DNA from: Eledone cirrhosa
Taxonomy: Eukaryota
Assembly (NCBI GenBank): GCA_964016885.1
Contig: OZ024747.1
Coordinates: 74,524,001-74,588,000 of the forward strand
Direction: 5' to 3'
DNA length: 64,000 bases
The translations under genes and the position numbers were made by a program. Position 1 is the first letter of the stretch; each line of letters starts with the position of its first letter. The notes beneath the pieces are model-generated. The model saw only the letters and a list, made by a program, of their open reading frames with translations, was not told where the DNA came from and did not search any database. Positions 58,573 to 64,000 of the stretch are shown piece after piece.

Positions 58573-59020
58573 CAATAACAACACAAAGTAAAACCAATCA
58601 CCAAACAGTTGAACGTTCTAATCACTAACACTTACACACACACTTTACACACACACATGCCTCCACACACACGCGCCTTCACACACACACGCCTACAGAC
58701 ACACACGCCTTCATACAGACACGCCTTTACGCACACACCGTTACACACACTCACACCTTTACACTCACACACACCTTCACACACACACCTTTACACACTC
58801 ACATCTTCACACACACACGCCTTCACACACACACCTTTACACACACTCACACCTTTACACACACACGCCTTCACACACACACGCCTTCACGCATGCCTGC
58901 TTTCACGCATGTATAAAGAAGAGTCAAAAATATTAGCCCTTACATAGAAATCTATTATCAACTTTGGAAGTAAAACCGACACAGAACATAAGACACGCCA
59001 TTTGGCCAACAATGTAAACA

Positions 59021-60318
59021 ACACTACACTACATTACATTACACTACACTACACTACACTACATTACACTACACTACATTACACTACAATACACTACACT
59101 ACACTACACTACATTACATTACACTACATTACAATACACTACAATACACTACACTACATTACACTACACTACATTACACTACACTACACTACATTAGACT
59201 ACAATACACTACACTACAATACATTACATTACACTACATTACACTACATTACACTACACTACATTAGACTACACTACTATAACAATGTAAACAACAACAC
59301 TAGACTACATTACACTACATTACATTACACTACAATACACTACACTACAATACATTACACTACACTACATTACACTACACTACACTACACTACACTACAT
59401 TACATTTCATTACATTACATTACACTACATTACACTACGCTACACTACACTACATTACATTACACTACAATACACTACACTACAATACATTACACTACAC
59501 TACATTACATTACACTACAATACACTACACTACAATACATTACACTACACTACATTACACTACACTACACTAGATTACATTTCATTACATTACATTACAC
59601 TACATTACACTACACTACATTACATTACATTACACTACATTACACTACGCTACACTACACTACATTACATTACACTACACTACATTACACTACACTACAT
59701 TACACTACATTACACTACATTACACTACATTACACTACACTACATTACACTACACTACACTACACTACATTACACTACACTAGATTACACTACACTACAT
59801 TACACTACGCTACACTACACTACATTACATTACATTACACTACACTACATTACACTACACTACACTACACTACATTACACTACACTACATTACACTACAC
59901 TACATTACACTACGCTATATTACACTACACTACATTACACTACACTACACTACACTACATTACACTACACTACACTACATTACACTACACTACACTACAT
60001 TACATTACACTACACTACACTACATTACACTACACTACACTACATTACATTACATTACACTACACTACATTACACTACACTACACTACACTACATTACAC
60101 TACACTACATTACACTACACTACATTACACTACACTATATTACACTACACTACATTACACTACACTATATTACACTACACTACATTACACTACACTACAT
60201 TACACTACACTATACTACACTACACTACATTACACTACACTACATTACACTACATTACACTACACTATATTACACTACACTACATTACACTACACTACAT
60301 TACACTACACTACATTAT
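59021..60318. repeat. Pentanucleotide (TACAC/TACAT)n
   Basis: Seen directly. Confidence 0.97.
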
Positions 60319-61194
60319 ATTTCTCATGGATTATGTGAGTCCTGTGAGGGAACTCCAATCCCTTCTCAACGAATCACAAAAAAATAAAATCATACAGAAA
60401 ATACAAAACAGCGCCCTTTTTAAAGTGACGGAGTGCATTCTGACGACCACAGCCAGAGACCACCTACATTAAGGGACTGAAATATTTATCATACTCTCAC
60501 TATTATAACTTTTACTAACACCCTAAAGCAAAAGCATAAATAACACACGCTGATGAACGGGACTCAACATGGTCGTTTGACTTACTAGAAATAGCAGCCA
60601 AATCTTTCTTACATCAAACGTGGCCGTCTAAAAAGGTCTATGTTGGATAATGCAATGCTGGGATCCTTACACAGCAAACGACGAGATTGTCACTGCTGAA
60701 ATGTCATTGAAATTATTCAATGTAAGTGGTTTAGTACTTATCTGACCTCAAAACAAAGAGAGTCCGACCCTTCTTCGTGTTCATTTGACTTGCTAAAAAT
60801 ATCAGCCATATCTCATTTATATTATATCTAGTGACGTCAGAAAGTGACAGATATTGGATAATGAAGTTGTTGACACACTATGTCTGTAAACAGAAGGGCA
60901 TCAGTATGAAGAACGCTGTGTAACTTTGTGGCAAAGTCAGAAATATTAACATAATCATCGTAATCAACATGGTAATCTTGATAAGTTCTGCATGTTAATG
61001 AGAAGTGGCTCAGGATCTTATTAAACTAATTATGTTAATTATCTTAAGATAGAAAGATATGGTTAAATAGAAGAATAAATTAGTGTGTAAAACCTCAATA
61101 GAATGTGATGAGCAGGTGCTGATTACCATGGAAGTAGCTAAGCAGTATAATGTTATGGATTGGGGAGAAATTAATTGGATAAAACGATAATAAT

Positions 61195-61361
61195 AATAAT
61201 GGTTTCTGATTTAGGCAGAAGGCTAACAATTTAGGGGTAGGGGAATGTCGATTAAATCGACCTCAGTGCATTACTGGTACTATTATTTTACCGACCTTGT
61301 AAGGATGACAGGCAAAGCTAACTTCGGCGGGATTTGAACTCAGAATCTAAAGAGCCGTAAC
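61195..61361 (-). mobile_element. tRNA-derived SINE missing its 5' end, next to the (AAT)n tail of the L1/Tx1 element
   Basis: Family 1 body that stops at GAGCCGTAACT. Confidence 0.8.
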
Positions 61362-61403
<42 letters not shown>

Positions 61404-61651
61404 TTTCTTTATTAACCACAAGGGTTTACATAAAGTAGACATTAAGGACAGTGCAGGATAATACAGGACGGTGTAAATGGGCATTTCTGCGTGTAAAAAA
61501 CAAAAACAGAGGATGCAACAAAAAATAACAATGAAAAATTCCCCAATAGGGGGGAGACTTCGGAGGGACATTTGTGGAGAAAGCCCAGTAAAAGGCCACA
61601 ATGACCCTGACCACCAAGGCAAGTGCCCTCTCCCAGTTTTCCACCTTTAAT

Positions 61652-62047
61652 TTACAGATATATACTCAGAGTAGGCCCATTCACTCGGGCCATTCTTGCT
61701 TCTCTCACCCATCTTTCAACAAAATGCTGGGAAGAGAGCACTTCCCTCTCTACTCTGATTTTCCTTTTCAAATGGAATTTGAAAAAGTCAATCAGAGCAT
61801 CACCGAAGAGGTAAGTGCTCGTCTTCAGCCCTTTCAAACGTGTCCACCATACTATCTCTTTCGCCATGGCCACCAGACAGATAAAAACTGCCTGCCCTTC
61901 CCGGCTAAAGGAGGAGGGCGGGGCAATCCTCACGATGGACTCAGATGATAGCCGGATCCGTCCTAAACGCGACAGAAGGTGTTCGACATAAACCTACAAG
62001 TCAGAAATTTTCGGACACTGGACGAGTGCGTGCAGGACGGTTTCGTC
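61652..62047 (-). pseudogene. L1/Tx1 ORF2 C-terminus (second half of the CCHC zinc finger), out of frame with the N-terminus
   Basis: DETVLHALVQCPKISDL*VYVEHLL...AMAKEIVWWTR...FVERW. Confidence 0.8.
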
Positions 62048-63483
62048 GCCAAGAGGCCTCCGAACAAGTCTGGCATCTGTACGTAAAGTTCATAGGGCAG
62101 ACCATCCAAACCAGGCGATTTACCCCTTGTGCAGCCAGTCATTGCCTCCCTTACTTCAGCGGCTGTTATCGGCTTTTCGCAACACCTCGCCTCAGTGGCC
62201 GAGAGCCACGGCAGTCCGTCGAGGTAGACACTAAAGTCCATCCCTCGACCCGGCCCACCGCTTCCCCCGAACAGCTGAGCGAAGTGTCGCTGAAAAGCTT
62301 CACACATTTGCCCGGGATCGAGTAGCATGCGCCCGTCGTGGTCCACCAAAGACCGGATCGTGGCTTTGTTGCCACGACGCGCCTCCGCCACTCGGGCCCA
62401 TTGAACAGCTTTCGTCCCCTCGTGTCTGAGAGCACGCACCCTTGCTCTGACAACGCAGCCTTCGTGCTTTGCATTGAAGAATTGGTCAAGGGCCAATTTC
62501 GCCGCAAGCACGTCGGTCGCAATGCCTTTGCTAAGTGCCTCGTCTAATTTTCTAACTAGTTCTCCCTCTGCTCTATTTTTCTCTATTGCTAAAGCCTTAC
62601 TAAACCTAATGGATTCTATTCTAATTGCTCTTTTCAGAGCAAACCACCACTTGTTGACGATGGCCTCCGTCAACGCCCGCTTAACTACTTCGCTAATCCG
62701 GTCTCTGTAGGCCTTGCGCGCTGGTAAGGACACGTTTAGCTTCCAGTAGCCGGGTCCTCGTCTATGAAGCCTATCTAAGTCAAGCACACAGATCACGAAT
62801 TTGTGGTCCGTGTAGCTGACTATCTTGAATTGTGGACAGCCTATGCTAGACCTATCTATTTCCCTACAAAATACTCTATCTAGATATGATCTGGATGACC
62901 CTATGCGATTTGTCCAAGTCCACATTGGCACATTCGGGAAATCCAATCGGTACCTGTCAGACAGTTCAAAACGCCTGAGCAGGTTGGTGAGGCTCTTGCA
63001 CCCTCCACCCCTATCCGCTAATCCCACACAGTCCCAGCGTGCATCTAAGATCCCGTTCCAGTCGCCCACTAACACTAAAGAGCGGGACGTTCCAAGAAAG
63101 GTCTCCAAACGCCGGAAGAAATCAGGCCGCCCTGCTCCTGTCAGGGCATAGACGGCCACTAGCCTGAAAGCTTGCCCGTCTCCGCTGGTCACGTCCAGCA
63201 CCACCAACTTACCCTCTGGGTCCAGGAAGATGGCCCGTATGGCGAGATCCAAACCTCTCCGAAAAAGCACAGCAACTCCTCCCCCCGATCCAGGACGGCT
63301 GGGAGATGCGTACACATCTAAGCCGCCGAAGATCGGTGCGAAGGCCCGTGCTTCGGAAATTCTGGTCTCGCTGATGGCCACTACATCTATGTTTAGTGAC
63401 CTGAGGTCGTTGAGCAGGTGACCCTGCTTCCATGACGACCCCAAGCCACGCGCATTTATGCTGCCTATTCTGAGTGAGGTCAT
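62047..63483 (-). CDS. L1/Tx1 ORF2 N-terminus: APE endonuclease and tether, up to KSPGLDGLPYE
   Basis: SINARGL, ISET, GGGVAVL, VAVYA, GDWN, WTW, SYLDRVF, TDH, GPGYWKLN, KSPGLDGLP. Confidence 0.9.
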
Positions 63484-63518
63484 GTTTAAAATAGAGTGGA
63501 AAAGATGGGAAAGACCAC

Positions 63519-63998
63519 TTACCGTACTTTTCGTAGAGGAGGGATGGTTTTTACATCCCTTTTCACTTGATCGTCTGGTGAAGGGACCGTTGAATCGTCC
63601 CTTCGGCTGGTCATCGGCTCTTCTATGAGTATGTCCGAATATACTCTTCGGTTGATAGTTCCTCCTAGGTCTCTGAAATCACCAACTGCGTTGGGGAATT
63701 TCGTTTTAATGTTTGTGTATTGTTTCTGTGCTATTTTTAGCAGTCTTATGTTAGTTGGCGTTTTGATTGGTGCTGGTATTATGTAGTCGTGTTGTGAAAT
63801 GCATGTGTGTTCAATTATGTAAATCATTAGTTTCTTGTTGTGTGTATTTATTGCCGTGCATTTGTTTTTCTGGGGGTGGGGTGTGGTTTTGCTATTTTCT
63901 TGTCGTTTTTGCTGGGTGTGTGTGTTTTGTTGTTGTGTTTGCGATGTTGGTGCTTGTGGTGGTGGTGTTGAAGGTGTTGTTGTTGTTGGCGGTGGGGG
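63519..63998 (-). CDS. Probable L1/Tx1 ORF1 C-terminus (P/T/Q-rich)
   Basis: The frame of track ORF 63519..63827 stays open to the window edge and ends 35 nt before the ORF2 ATG. Confidence 0.65.
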   Translation of the reverse strand, partial: PPPPTTTTPSTPPPQAPTSQTQQQNTHTQQKRQENSKTTPHPQKNKCTAINTHNKKLMIYIIEHTCISQHDYIIPAPIKTPTNIRLLKIAQKQYTNIKTKFPNAVGDFRDLGGTINRRVYSDILIEEPMTSRRDDSTVPSPDDQVKRDVKTIPPLRKVR

Positions 63999-64000
63999 TT

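Larger units (their letters stand above)
61362..64000 (-). mobile_element. L1/Tx1-clade LINE with the RT domain internally deleted (continues beyond the window)
   Basis: ORF1 end, ORF2 APE endonuclease, a jump to the zinc-finger C-terminus, a 3' UTR with AATAAA (reverse complement at 61408-61413) and a (TAT)n tail. Confidence 0.9.

Noticed and set aside
54402-58591. TQFTDSSLSDILT-repeat ORFs, or a possible CRISPR-like array
   Set aside because: This is a 39-bp SINE-derived tandem repeat with no unique spacers and no cas genes, and the context is eukaryotic.
59002-60387. 461-aa HYTTL-repeat ORF
   Set aside because: Translation of a pentanucleotide microsatellite.
60560-60900. Two similar segments (TTTGACTTRCTARAAATA.CAGCCA...TTGGATAATG), also faintly at ~15900
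   Set aside because: Probably an old dispersed repeat, but the boundaries and class cannot be defined from this window.

Overview
Repeat-dominated eukaryotic DNA with no intact host gene that I can identify. It is probably from an octopus or another coleoid cephalopod, inferred from the tRNA-derived SINEs and the extreme (TA)n/(CA)n content. Nearly all long ORFs in the track are microsatellite or minisatellite artefacts. The real content is: (i) Penelope-like retroelements (PLEs) with the features of the Hydra clade (RT 'GLYRDD', CxC-x5-CPL-x3-C linker, C-terminal GIY-YIG). One has about 668 uninterrupted codons (17676-19679, minus) and two are 5'-truncated. All have inverted pseudo-LTRs (pLTRs) and sit in (TA)n. 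(ii) At least 14 type I hammerhead ribozyme (HHR) motifs with palindromic stem III, many in ORF-less fold-back pairs. They include U4C core variants, very long stem II variants and a recurring C·Y mismatch in stem II. (iii) An intronless, frameshifted CNOT1 C-terminal copy, probably a retrocopy. (iv) RTE, CR1 and L1/Tx1 LINE pieces, including an L1/Tx1 copy with its RT deleted. (v) About 20 tRNA-derived SINEs, one of which has its 5' head amplified into a 4.4-kb, 39-bp satellite. (vi) A mariner-type MITE and an inverted-repeat element with two convergent tRNA-like units. All calls are from manual reading; no database search or folding was run.
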